A DNA stretch of 64,000 nt, taken from assembly GCA_012295275.1 (NCBI GenBank), contig CM022673.1:23684001-23748000 (forward strand), written 5' to 3'. The number at the start of each line of letters is the position of its first letter. The first letter of the stretch is position 1. Shown here one piece after another: positions 24,524-37,700 of this stretch. The position numbers and the translations under genes were made by a program. The notes under the pieces were generated by a model. It searched no databases, had not been told where the DNA came from, and saw only the letters and a program-made list of their open reading frames with translations. The stretch is from Chrysomallon squamiferum. Its lineage: Eukaryota > Animalia > Mollusca.

Positions 24524-25472
24524 TAACAACAACAACAACAACAATAATAATGATGATGATGGTAAATGTGGTGATGATAAAGCAGTAAATATAGTTCTGC
24601 TTGTGTCCATCTCTATCTCGCTCTCTCGTCTTTCACACACATACACGCACGAACGCACACACATAGACACTCACACAGATGCATTTAATTTTTCCATGGC
24701 TAATTTTCAGATATTTTAATTATCAGGTAATTATTAATAAATCTATATTAAAATACATTATCAAATTTCTTATTATATTCTTCTGTTTGATCGTAATTGA
24801 AGAAGGAATATTTCTCAACCTGGATATATAATATTATAAAATGTTTTTTGTTTGTTTATTTGTTTATGCTCAGTTAAAGAAACGGCAAACAGCGGCTGAA
24901 TTTGGTTTTAATTTGCATTTTTTTAAATCTTTTTTTCTGATTTTAAATACACATTATTATTATTATTATTATTTTTTTTTTTTTACTAATATTTACATTT
25001 AGACTGGCATCACTGGACCTGTGGGTGCAAAAAAATGTTTATTCTGTCAAGTCTTTCGTCGTCCTTCAGGCGGAACGAGTGAAATACAACAGCGTTGTTT
25101 CGACCTCACACGTGTATCTTACATAATGTTATATTTGACATGTTGTTACAGTTGACCGTTGTTAAGGTGTTGACAGTACGTCATGTTTTGGTGAAATAAA
25201 GTCTGCGAGGTCAACTATTTTGTTAGTAATTTTTCAATATATTAACAGTGATACATCATTTTATTGCTACGTTACGCACGGTATTAGTTTATTATTGTTG
25301 TTATTATTATTATTAGTAGTAGTAGTAGTAGTATTGTTGTTGTGGTTGTTGTTATTATCACTGTCGCTGTCCGTGCTGTCTCCAAATTTTGAAATAAGTT
25401 CTAATTACATTAATTTTTGTGCGGTATTGTACGACTTCATTAATAATGTTTGTTTGTTTTCTGTTTTAGAGG

Positions 25473-26684
25473 ATGTCACTGTTCAGTGGAAGCCATATTG
25501 ACCAGGACTGGGTGGATAGATTAAATGGACACTGGACAGTAATACTTATCTCACTGATGTCTGTTTGCTCTTTCATTGCAAGATTTACAGGCGATGCCAT
25601 AACGTGTACTGCACTACGTGACCCCAAAGTCCAGTGTCCTAATGTTCGTGCTATTTGCCTCCAGAAAGAGGTGTTCAACGTATATTCAGAAACTGAACCT
25701 GGATCATCAGGCCAAACTGAGTCGTGGCATTTATGGTTTCCAATCATACTGTTTCTTCAAGCACTGGCTTTCAGGGTTCCAGCCTTCGTCTGGCAGCTTT
25801 TCAAACAAGCGCTCATGATCAACTTAAGTGACACGGTTAATTCCTTAGCAACCTGCCAGGTGATGAAGCCACACAAAAAAGAATTCATGTTTAGAGATGC
25901 AGCTCTCGTCATCAGTCACACTATAACTGGCAAATGCATTATGGGATTTCTGTATCTTCTCGTGAAGTTTCTGTTCTGCATTAATGTACTGGCCCAGTTC
26001 ATTTTTCTCACAATAGTTGTCAAAGATAGGATTGGCATTGAAATCGGATCAGTGGAAACATTATTTGCCAATAAATCAATGATTCCAGTTTTTCCTAAAA
26101 AGGTTATATGTGATTTTGAAATAAGGAGCGTTCAGTCAAGGTACAAGTACAGTCTTGAGTGTTACCTGGTTATCAATGAACAGCTGGAGAAGTGTTACGT
26201 GTTTCTCTGGTACTGGACAATGGTACTTCTTCTTATTTCGTGTTTTAATCTTCTGACGTGGTTTGTGGTTTTGTTTTTCCCATGTGTTAATGAATCACGT
26301 GTAATCGCGTATGTTAAATCATTTCGTACAGATTTCGGTGCCGCCCTCTCTAAAACGTTCGTTTCACGATTTCTTGCTACTGACGGTTTGTTGTTAATTT
26401 TAATGATATCCACAAACTCGAGCGAACTGGTTGCGGCTGATCTGACTAAGCATCTGTTTCAGATCTTCTACGAGACATCGACACGCAGGCACCAACCCTT
26501 GTGTTCTCAGTACCCAGCAGGCCGATCCGCACAAACCATGCCCCTGTATGTTTCTCGTCCACCGTTCACTTACATACAGCCGTCGGCACCTCCGGACGAA
26601 TCTGATCCTGCTCCGCAAAACATAGCGCTTGAATCACTGAGAGAAGCTCAGTCATTAATTAGATCTAAAGAAACGATGAATTAA
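25473..26684 (+). CDS. Innexin (invertebrate gap-junction/hemichannel protein), divergent, single coding exon, 403 aa
   Basis: DQDWVDRLN..T (cf. DDxxDRLN), GDAITC, WFPIILFLQALAFRVPAFVW (cf. QWVP..LL.QA.LF..P..W), FPKKVICDFEIR..YSLECYLVINEQLEKCYVFLWYW (cf. FPRVT.CDF.IR..QCVL.IN...EK...FLWFW), FLATDGLLL..N..EL; four hydrophobic segments; an acceptor (ctgttttag) just before the ATG implies a non-coding first exon. Confidence 0.92.
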   Translation: MSLFSGSHIDQDWVDRLNGHWTVILISLMSVCSFIARFTGDAITCTALRDPKVQCPNVRAICLQKEVFNVYSETEPGSSGQTESWHLWFPIILFLQALAFRVPAFVWQLFKQALMINLSDTVNSLATCQVMKPHKKEFMFRDAALVISHTITGKCIMGFLYLLVKFLFCINVLAQFIFLTIVVKDRIGIEIGSVETLFANKSMIPVFPKKVICDFEIRSVQSRYKYSLECYLVINEQLEKCYVFLWYWTMVLLLISCFNLLTWFVVLFFPCVNESRVIAYVKSFRTDFGAALSKTFVSRFLATDGLLLILMISTNSSELVAADLTKHLFQIFYETSTRRHQPLCSQYPAGRSAQTMPLYVSRPPFTYIQPSAPPDESDPAPQNIALESLREAQSLIRSKETMN

Positions 26685-26734
26685 TTTGCATCTAACTTAG
26701 GACTTTTCACCTACCTTGAAACTGTAATGAGTAA

Positions 26735-26806
<72 letters not shown>

Positions 26807-28590
26807 TTTTTTAAAAGCCTAGGTGATTTAAAATTGAAATCGTTTCGATGAACAACTTGTTCATAACATACCCCCAAAAAAGTCGAAAGCATACATGCAC
26901 GGATGCCAGCCTACACACATAATCATACACTTTTTAAAAATTGTTTTCTTTTCTTGAACGAGTTGCATCAGATTATAACATATAACTGCTCATTGTATGT
27001 GTTTATATATTTTTATACGTTGTACTAAACAGTATTATATATTTTTACATACATTAAACATGGTTTGGCGTAACTTGTGTGTTTTGTCTTTAATGTAGCT
27101 GACTGCACTGCAAAGTGAATGAATAAATTAACTCAGTTTTATTGCAAGGGTCCATAAACAGTGGCCATTTTCATATTCCAAGAAGAAGGATTTCTATTTA
27201 AAATTTTGTAAATTATTTTGAACCTAAATTAAACATGTTTAACGATGGATTGAAACATGAAAAGTTCTATAAAATGTACGAAAATGGTAAAGTATCAGTA
27301 ATGGACTATTTTATGATTTTTCTCAAATTTCAGTTCTAGAATATGTTACAATATATATCGTACAGTATACTGGTACAGTATAAATAAAGAACTGAAAGAA
27401 ATTAATATTCAAGTTTTACTTCTGCTGAAACAAGATCTGTATGCCAACCAGATTAAATCACTTCACAAATTGAAGTAAGTAACAGGGAAAATGAAATTTT
27501 GTCACATATCTATGTAAAGTGATTTATGTAATTCATTTTAGAATTCCTCCAAAAAGAAGGTCTATCCATAAAACTGAACATATATAAATTACATTTTCAA
27601 AACATTTATCGAGGGGCTCAGACAACACTGGGAAATAGTCGACTGAAATTTAACATCACTCTTTTATTATCTTGATGAAAATTATGTACCGCTGATAAAG
27701 GGTTTAACAACACACAGTTTTGTTAACTAAAGGAAATATTTAAAACATGAGTAATCTTGCAGTTTATGTCTACCCCGTGCTAGCAGTAGTTTTACTCAGT
27801 ATTAGTTCGATATTTGGTTTTAATGTTAATGAAGATTTAAAAAGTAAAATAAATAAATAAATAAAAAAGGTTATATAAATTTAAATGAATCCACCTTCGC
27901 GTGTTAAACGTACGAAATTAACCATTTTTTCAAACACTGGTGCAAAGACGTTCATTGTAACTACGCCGATCTATTTTTGGAATTGTACATGGATTTAAAT
28001 TATATTATATTAATATTTATTATTATTTTTTTTATTTTATTTTATAAACAAAACTAATCCGAAACAAAAATAGATCGGCGCCGCTCTCTGGACTTTAAAC
28101 TGTTTCAAGTTGAAAGATGGTTGCTTGTCAACGTTGAGAAAACTGGTTGGTTTAAAAGAGAAAATGGTTTGTAATCATTTAAGGTTCAAATTCCATATAT
28201 GCGTTACCGATAAGTCCCCGAAAACATTTTTGATTGTAATCAGATTATCTTCTACAATTTATAGATGTTATCTGATATACTTTTTACGTGGTAACAAAGC
28301 AAATATTCTAATAAAAAAAAGAAGAAAATCCTCTAAATCATATTTAAAAAATTGCAGCAAAACAACAAAAAAAAAAAAAAAAAAAAAAAAATAAAAAAAT
28401 ATATAATAATCTAAATAAAAGAAATAGCAATCCAATAAAAAAAATCCTAAATATTGGTAGATAGATATTAAATAACCTCAATTCATATTTGTGAGAACAG
28501 AGAATGTGGTTACGTTTCCATTTTTGAAGAAGGTTAAAAACAATGGTGCGTTAAGCTGATGGAGGTCATAGGAACTGTCTTAGAGGAAGA

Positions 28591-28620
28591 GCAAGTATGG
28601 CGGCCCCCATTGAAACGTGA
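28591..28620 (+). promoter_or_regulatory. YY1-like ATGGCGGC motif / 7-codon uORF upstream of ABCB8
   Basis: gcaagtATGGCGGCccccattgaaacgTGA, ~90 nt before the ABCB8 ATG; YY1 motifs are common at animal housekeeping TSSs. Confidence 0.45.
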
Positions 28621-28685
28621 TGTTATTATTTTGAAAATTCGTTAAAGGATAAGCTGTCATCCTTTTATTGAATTTACAAGAAAAA

Positions 28686-28774
28686 ATGTTGTTATTTAAC
28701 AGACCAATTTTACTGTTGACCAGACATTATTTTGTAACAAATCTACGTAGTACTGTCCATAGCATTGATTCAAA
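28686..28774 (+). CDS. ABCB8: ABCB8 exon 1
   Basis: [29 protein letters not shown]; gtaagt donor, phase 2 matches exon 2. Confidence 0.75.
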
Positions 28775-31700
28775 GTAAGTCAAAAATATTAGTTTCATAT
28801 TATTATTACTATTTAATAATTTATTATTATTACTATTTATTACTATTACTATTACTAAGTATTAGCATAATAGTATTACTATTACTGTGAGTTGTAACAA
28901 TTTACTTAGTTACAGTTAGTAACTAACTTTTATTACTGTTAGTATTACTTTACTAATTTAATTTTAACATTAATAGTAAAATAATAGTAATAATTATACT
29001 ACTAAAGGTAATATTAACTGAAATATACTTTTTATAGCTTTATATTAAATTTTCATTTCAGTTTGTCTTTAACACCAGGTAATGCTAGTAATAGTAGCAA
29101 CACATAAATAACACAAAAAAAGTAATTATTTCATATTGTTTGTCACTTTGTGCCATAAATAATAAAATGACAAACTGAAACTTTTAAAGTTTTGTTATTA
29201 TTGTTAGGATAATTAATTAATTAATTATTTTAAATGATAAATTATGCTAATTAGAGTGTTATATATATTACATGTACTATTTTAAATATATACATGTATG
29301 CACTTTATAATATTGATCTCAGTATTGCAGTCTGAATTAAGCTGTAAAAATCTGCTTTAACGTTTATATCATGTCAGATGGTATTTGTGGATTATTTAAA
29401 GGTAACAGTAATTACCAGTGTTTATATACAGTCATAATTAAAATTATTAGTATTCTTAATAATATTATTATTATGAGTGTATCATTCCACAATATTGCAT
29501 CACATTCACATCACAATAAAGTACTTGTATGTCTCCTTACTGAAACCAGTTTTTGTGGTGGTTTCAATTCACAATATCCAAGGTGGAACAGTCCTTGTGA
29601 AATAAATAACCACAGTTACCTGCCTGTCCCATAACTGAATGTTGCTTGTAAATTAAATAATTACTTAATATTTCTTTCTGATGTCAGAAACTTAGCCTCC
29701 TTTCAGTGTGATAAATGTCTGAGTTTATCTTCATGGAAGGAGATTAATTGTCAGGAAGTCATTTACAGGTTTATTTGTGTCTGTATGTATGTCTGTTTTA
29801 CCCTCACCAAGTCCTTATTTTTCAGTTAATTGTATTACAGTGTTTGTCTCTATTCCAGTGTATAATTAATCTTTTACTTTGCAGATTTACTTGTTTGAGA
29901 AGATGCAGTCAACATTCACTGCAAGCACATTGTCGTCTGAAGAGTCCAAGTGTTCACATGTTTATCAAAGACTTGAAAAACATCTACACCAAGCAGTTCT
30001 CTCCGCTTGCCAGATTCATTTCCAGACTACCACAACGTCTGCCAGCTACGACAACTCTTCCTGCTGGTTGCCTAGCGACATGTCTTATTTTTTATTATCA
30101 TGCCTCAAGAAATGTTGAATGTGCAGCAAAACACGCAAAATCACGACTGGCAGGTCGCAGTGACCCCTCAGACTTGCCAGATCCCCCATTTGACTGGAAA
30201 GCATTTCGCGAAATCCTTCTTCCAGAAATCTGGTACCTCATTGCTGCTGTTGTTGTAAGTTACTTACTCTCCTATTTGTTAATTTCCTGTCAAAGCCTGA
30301 TGCAAAACAGAAAAGTAACATTTTGTTATTTTCAGAGTGCTCTGGCTGTGGCTGTGGTGAATATAAACATTCCACTTTTGATGGGGGAGCTGGTGGATGC
30401 TGTGTCAAAGTTCACAGCTCAAACAGCGAAGAGCTTCATGGATGAAGTGAAGAAACCAGTCATGAAACTCATAATAATATATTCCATACAGGTACAGTTT
30501 ACCTGGTTGTCATAGCAACATGTAGTATGGGTAATGTATACCACTGTTTTGTTAGAGCAATATATATGTAGTACATGTACTGTAAACCTGGATGTCATAG
30601 CAACACATACTGCAGGTATTCATCTAGCTGGTTGTCATGGCAATATGTGGTCAGTGTAAATGTTATAGCAACATATATCATTCATGTAACAGATTGTAAC
30701 ATGTATTAGATATTGAATCACTGTTGACTACCTTGTTATCATAGTGACTGATTACATACAAGTGTTGAGTTTCTGGTTAATCTAGTCAAATGAATAAATC
30801 AAAGTGTGTTTATTATTTCAGGCAGTTTTGACATTTTTCTACATCTCACTTCTGTCAACTCTGGGGGAGAGAGTGGCACTCACTCTGAAGAAACAGCTCT
30901 TTGCCTCTCTCTTGAGTCAGGACATCGCATTCTTTGACAAACACAAAACAGGGGAGTTGATAGACAGGTATGTCTTGTTATTTTACATAATTCGATCATG
31001 GGGCAAAGCTAGAGAGCAGAGATAACCTGGAAAGTCTATACTTGCCCATCACAGAACACAGCCAGGTTTCTGAATAAAACAATGAGTCCACAAAATTCTC
31101 AATACACCTTGTGAAATAATAATAAAATAAAATAAAATAAAATAAAATAAAGTAAGAAACAAGATTCAACTTCCATTGCACAAATGAGCTAGAGTTAAAA
31201 ATATTATTGAAAAGATGTCACTTTTGAAAAAATGTGTTTGGGTTAAGCAGTCACTCCCTCCTAGCTATGCCATTTTGTTCATACATAAAGAAATAATCAG
31301 GAAATAAAAGTTTCCAGATAAACATTTTGTTAATATACTTATTTAATTAATTCTGATCAATAAAAATCTGAATAATTTGTGAAAACAGGAAAATGTTTAA
31401 TCAACATGTATAAAAGTATTAACTGTATGGTGGTGAGTAAAAAAGTAAATTTGTGATTGTATTTGATTTTTAACTTGTTAACAGGTTAACAACAGATATC
31501 CAGGATTTTAAAAGTTCTTTCAAACTTTGCATTTCACAGGGTTTAAGATCAGTGACTCAGGTATGTTTTGTTTTATAATGTATCACTTTTTATGTAATAT
31601 AAAACTATATAAAAGAAAATATTAATAATCTATTAGTTTTTATATATTATAAAACATATTTATAATGTATAAGTTTTTATATAATATGAAACAACATATT

Positions 31701-34700
31701 TTTAATGTATCAGATTTTATACAGTTATAAAAAACATAATTAAAATGCACTAGTTTTTATATAATTATAAGACAAAATACTTATAATGTACCAATTATTA
31801 AATAATTATTTTTCTTTAAATATCTTTTTTGTTAAAATGTGTTCAGTTAATTATGATGATTATTTTATTATGATTAAAAAAAGATAATTTCAATCTCTAA
31901 AAGGAAAGATAAGTTTTATTTAATGTTTTTATTCAGACTGTTGGTTGTGTTGTTTCACTTCTGCTCATGTCAGTGAAGTTGACTGGTGTTATGCTTATTG
32001 TGGTTCCTGCTATTATAGTCGGTGGAACTTTACTGGGAACCAGTTTAAGACGTTTGTCAAAAGCTGCTCAAGATCAGGTTATTTTTTTTAATTTATTTTA
32101 ATTTTTCTCTTTTAAACAGCAACAAAGGTTAGCTTATATTTTTATGACTTTTTTTCTTATTAAACCAAATATATAGAATTTGTATCAAAACAAGTTAATG
32201 AAAATTTCAGTGTGAACAGTTTTCTCTAAATTGAAATAAATTATAATGTTGAATTCTTATAATTTTGATATTTTTAATTTCTTCTATTTCCATCACTGCA
32301 TTACAAATATTTGGAAATATTTTTAAAAAAAGAAAGTGGAATCTGTTTTGTTTTCAGGTTGCCAAGGCAACAGCTGTAGCTGCAGAGGCTGTTGGAAATG
32401 TGCGCACAGTGAGAGCATTTGCTATGGAGGACAAAGAAAATGAGTGAGACATTTTTATTTCTTCATGTTTACATCCTTACTTCATTCACCTAAAACATTC
32501 CTCTTTAAATTCTTCATACTGTGGTATTCTTTCAGCAAAGACAATTTAGTAACAAAATAAAAATTTTAATTAAATTGTCTTAATTCTTTCAGCAAAGACA
32601 ATTTAGTAACAAAGAATTTTAATGAAAAAAAACGATCACTCTCATACTTTAAAATTATTATTATTATTATTACATCTTCCTGATAACCAGACATAAAAAC
32701 TTGTGACAATTTATGTCAATGGTCACCATTGTTTTGAACACACTTCATGTGTCAGCAGCTGTCACAGTTCTGAAGTGATATTTTGTCTGTAAATATAAAG
32801 ATCGTAATTTATAAGATGACAATGAACATCTCTGTCACTTTAACCTTATTGAAAGAACTGATATGCTTTTTAGTAACAATGTAAGTATTAGTAGTAGTAT
32901 ATGTATTAGTAATTGTGTACAGTATATTTAGTAGTAGACATAATATTTGTAGTTGTTCACTCAGAAAGAAATATTTCTCATATTGTAATATTTTAAGAAA
33001 GTTTTATTATAATAACAATGCAGGTTACATGGACAACAGGTAGAGGAAGCATGTAAACTCAACATTCAGCTTGGAATTGGAATTGGAATATTCCAGGGTC
33101 TGGCTAACCTTGCACTTAATGGTAACACAACACTTTATTGATGTGTTCAGTAATTAGAAAATATAGTTAATTACTGACTAAATGAAAAAGCGTCACATTC
33201 AGTCTGTAATATCCCATAATAATTATCTATAAGAAAAATTTAAATTTGACAAACTGACATACACATGGTGTCATTGAAATAGAAGTACAGTTGACATGCA
33301 GTACTGTACATGCTTGGCTGATGAGAGTGAGTTATGGGACAGGCAGGTAACTGTGGTTATTTATTTCACAAGGACTGTTCCACCTCAGAATTGAATTGAA
33401 ACCACTAAAAAAACTGGTTTCAGTAAAGTAGAAGTTAGTGCTTTATTGTGATGTGAATGTGATGCAATATTGTGGAATAAGGCCAGGTATGAACACAGCA
33501 TTATAATTTTTGACATGTTACGTATCATACTTGTAATCTGAATTGCTTCTGTAATGTAAGCTAAGGCAAATGTGACCCACTCTACACTAGCTGTGTAAAG
33601 CAGGTGCTAATGTTAGAAGAGAGCTAAACACTGTCATCACTTCCAGTTTCACATGCTCTGTGTAAAATCATTTATTGGCAGGTATTGTTCTGGGGACTAT
33701 TTTTGCTGGTGGATGGATGTTGTCAGTGAGTGAACTGACAGCTGGAGATTTGATGTCTTTTCTGGTAGCCACGCAGACAATAGAGAGGTGAGTTTTAAAA
33801 TTAGTTATCTTATTTTACATGTTAAACAAACAGTGTTTACTTGTTAACTAATAGTGTTTTACATATACAACTAACAGTGTTTTACATATACAACTAACAG
33901 TGTTTTACATATTAAACTAACAGTGTTTTACACATACAACTAACAGTGTTTTACATATACAACTAACAGTGTTTTACCTGTTAAATTAACAGTTTTACAT
34001 GTTAAACTAACAGTGTTTTACATTTTAAACTAACTGTTTTACACATACAACTAAAAGTGTTTTACATGCTAAACTAACAGTTTTACATGTTAAACTAACA
34101 GTGTTTTACATTTTAAACTAACTGTTTTACACATAAACTAACAGTGTTTTATATGCTAAACTAACAGTGTTTTACATGTTAAATTAACTGTGTATCACAA
34201 TGATTTCTGTCTCAGTGACTTGTTAAGTACATTCAGGTTTCCTAGCAACAAAATCAGTGTAGAAACAAAAAATGTTGTGGTGCTGATTAACAAATAAAAC
34301 ACAAACGTGGCATCCTCATTAATGAAAACATTTGTAAAAATTGTATTGTTTATTCCTTTCTTCAGCTAATAAATAATGACACATTTCTTCACTAACTTAC
34401 ATTTCATCTGACTTCATTTTTTTTTTTGTAAAGAGTTCTACATAATTTTTGTATTAAAGGATGTTTGAAGTTTGTTAATTTTTAATGCACAAAATCAAAT
34501 TTTCAGGTCACTGGCACAGATGTCATTGTTGTTTGGTCAGGTGGTTCGTGGATTAGGTGCAGGTGCAAGAGTCTTTGAGGTATTTCACCTGTTATCATTT
34601 CATTCATGCTCATTAATTTATCTTGTTATTTCACTCTTTAAACTGATTTTATTTTTTTGTCAATATGTACAGTTCATGATGGTATTAGTACAAATGTTTC

Positions 34701-37700
34701 ACATTTCTTTGTTTGCTGAGTGGTAAGATTATGGAGTATTAGTAGCAGAATTTTGTGATCATCTTTTTAACATTTCATACTGATCAGTTAAGAAGACGAG
34801 AAAAATAACAAAAAATGTTTTATATATACTCTCAAACTTTGATACACGATAAAGTGACGAGGTTAAGAGATTACAAGTTAGGTTTTTTGTTGTTTTTTTT
34901 TCCTCTGATTGTTAAAAGTGACAGATATTTAAAATAAATAACAAGTTGTTTATCTGGTCATAGTACATCAACACAAAACCTGAGATTCCACTGAAGGGAG
35001 GTGAGAAAATGCACAGGATCCAGGGTAATATTGAGTTCTCTGATGTTTCATTCTCATACCCAGCACGTCCTGACCAGGTAATTGTTTCATTCTTATTTTC
35101 ATTTTATCTGTTTCACAAATCAGTGTCTTTAGTTTTTAAATCTCGACTGATATTTCCTAATTTCCAAATATTTCCTCTTTTTTTTTTTATATTAAAAATC
35201 AAAAATAAGTAATTGTATTTTGTATTTATTGTGATATTAATGTAAACGTGAAAATATTAGGACACTAATTAATGAGACTGTGACACCAACGAAATCAGTT
35301 AAAACTGTTTTAGTAATTAAATTAATTAATTGAATTTCAGGTTGTGTTACACAATTTCAGTCTTTCTGTACCAGGAGGTGGTGTTGTTGCTTTGGTTGGC
35401 TTGTCAGGGGGAGGTAACTACTTTAAATCAAGAGAAAAGTTTAATATGACCTGATAGCACAGATGGATGTAAATACAGAATTTAAATTTTTTTTGTAATA
35501 AAACTAACTTCCTGCTATGGTTTTAAGCTGTTTTGTGTTCCATCAGATTTTTATCTCATCTGAAATATTAAATATCCAAAACACATCTGAGAGGTGAAAG
35601 TATTAGTAATATGTAACATATACAAAATATGTCACATATGTAAAAGTTGTATGTAAAAGTAATGTGTATAAGTGATATGTAAAAGTAATGTGTATAAGTA
35701 ATATGTAAAAGTAATGTGTATAAATGGTATGTAAAAGTAATGTGTATAAATGGTATGTAAAAGTAATGTGTATAAGTGGTATGTGAAAGTAATCTGTATA
35801 AGTGATATCGAAAAGTAATGTGTATAAGTGAAATGTAAAAGTAATGTGTATAAGTGAAATGTAAAAGTAATGTGTATAAGTGATATGTAAAAGTAATGTG
35901 TATAAGTGATATGTAAAAGTAATGTGTATAAGTGATATGTAAAAGTAATGTGTATAAGTGGTATGTGAAAGTAATCTGTATAAGTGATATGTAAAAGTAA
36001 TGTGTATAAGTGATATGTAAAAGTAATGTTTATAAGTGATATGTCAAAAGTAATGTGTATAAGTGATATGTGAAAGTAATGTATAAGTGATATGTGAAAG
36101 TAATGTGTATGTCATATGTAAAAATAATGTGATAAAAAATGTATGTCATATGTGTATATAAGTGATATGTAAAAAGTAATGTGTATAAGTGATATGTGAA
36201 AGTAATGTATATAAATGATATGTGAAAATATGTGTATAAGTGATATGTAAAAATAATGGGTATAAGTGAAATGTAAAAGTAAAAAAGTGAAATGTAAAAA
36301 GTAATGTGTATAAATTGAAATGTAAAAGTAATGTGTATAAGTGATATGTAAAAAGTAATGTGTAAAAAATGTAAAAGTAATGTATAAGTGATATGTAAAA
36401 GTAATCTGTATAAGTGATATGTAAAAGTAATGTGTATAAGTGAAATGTGAAAGTAATGTGTATAAGTGATATGTGAAAGTAATGTGTATAAGATATGTGT
36501 AAAAGTAATGTGTATAAGTGAAATGTAAAAGTAATGTGTATAAGTGAAATGTAAAAGTAATGTGTATAAGTGAAATGTAAAAGTAATGTGTATAAGTGAT
36601 ATGTGAAAGTAATGTGTAAAAATAATGTGTATAAGTGTGTAATGTGTATAAGTGATGTGTAAAGTAATGTGTATGTATAAGTGAAATGTGAAAGTAATGT
36701 GTATATATGTAAAAAGTGATAATGTAAAAATGTAAAAGTGTATAAGTGAAATGTAAAAATATGTGTGTGTATAAAGTAAGTATGAAAATGTAAAAGTAAT
36801 GTGTAAAAGTAAGTGTATAATTGAAAATGTGAAAGTAATGTGTATAAGTGAAATGTAAAAGTAATGTGTATAAGTGAAATGTAAAAGTAATGTGTATAAG
36901 TGAAATGTAAAAGTAATGTGTATAAGTGATATGTGAAATGATGTTTACACAGGAAAGTCAACAGTTGCGGCTCTCTTAGAACGTTTCTATGATGTGAGTG
37001 AAGGAAAGATAACTCTGGATGGTCGAGACATTAGAGAACTTGATCCTACCTGGCTGAGAGGTCAAGCTATTGGTTTTATTAACCAGGTGCAATTAAAACT
37101 CTGTATTTAAGCTACAGCAAAATTAAAATTTTACATGTAAATTTATAATTTTACATTTGGTCTAGTAGGTAAATTCTAAATTTTACATTTGGACTAGTAG
37201 GTAAATTTTGAATTTTACATTTAAATTTACAGTTAAATTTTCAATTTAATTGCACATGTATGTTTTTAGATAGTTAAACAAGAAGCTGGTTGGAAGTAAA
37301 CTTACATTTGCTATGAAATGCAAACGTTTGTTATCCCCATTTTTGTCTGAACAAAGTGCGGTGAGACTAATCATTAAATGTGTTAGATTGTTATGATAAC
37401 TTGTTTTTCCACAGGAGCCAGTTCTCTTTGCTACCACTGTGATGGAGAACATTCGTTATGGCCGACCTGATGCTACTGATGAGGAGGTTTGTTTTTACTA
37501 AAAATAATTACAAAAGATACGGGTTTATTTTTTCTCGGTTTTGGGGCAATATTAATTCTATATAGAGACATAGCATGAGTATGCATTTAACACATTTATA
37601 TAATTGTTGCACTTAATTACAGTCTGTACATGTTTTTAATATTTGTTTTTTTGATAAGAGAAAATAGGATCAAAGTGCTCATATTATTATATTTGATGAG

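Noticed and set aside
29748-30515. 255-aa ORF as a stand-alone gene
   Set aside because: ABCB8 exons 2 and 3 read through an 81-nt stop-free intron
36146-36961. 271-aa His/Thr/Tyr-rich ORF
   Set aside because: Antisense translation of the 26-bp array
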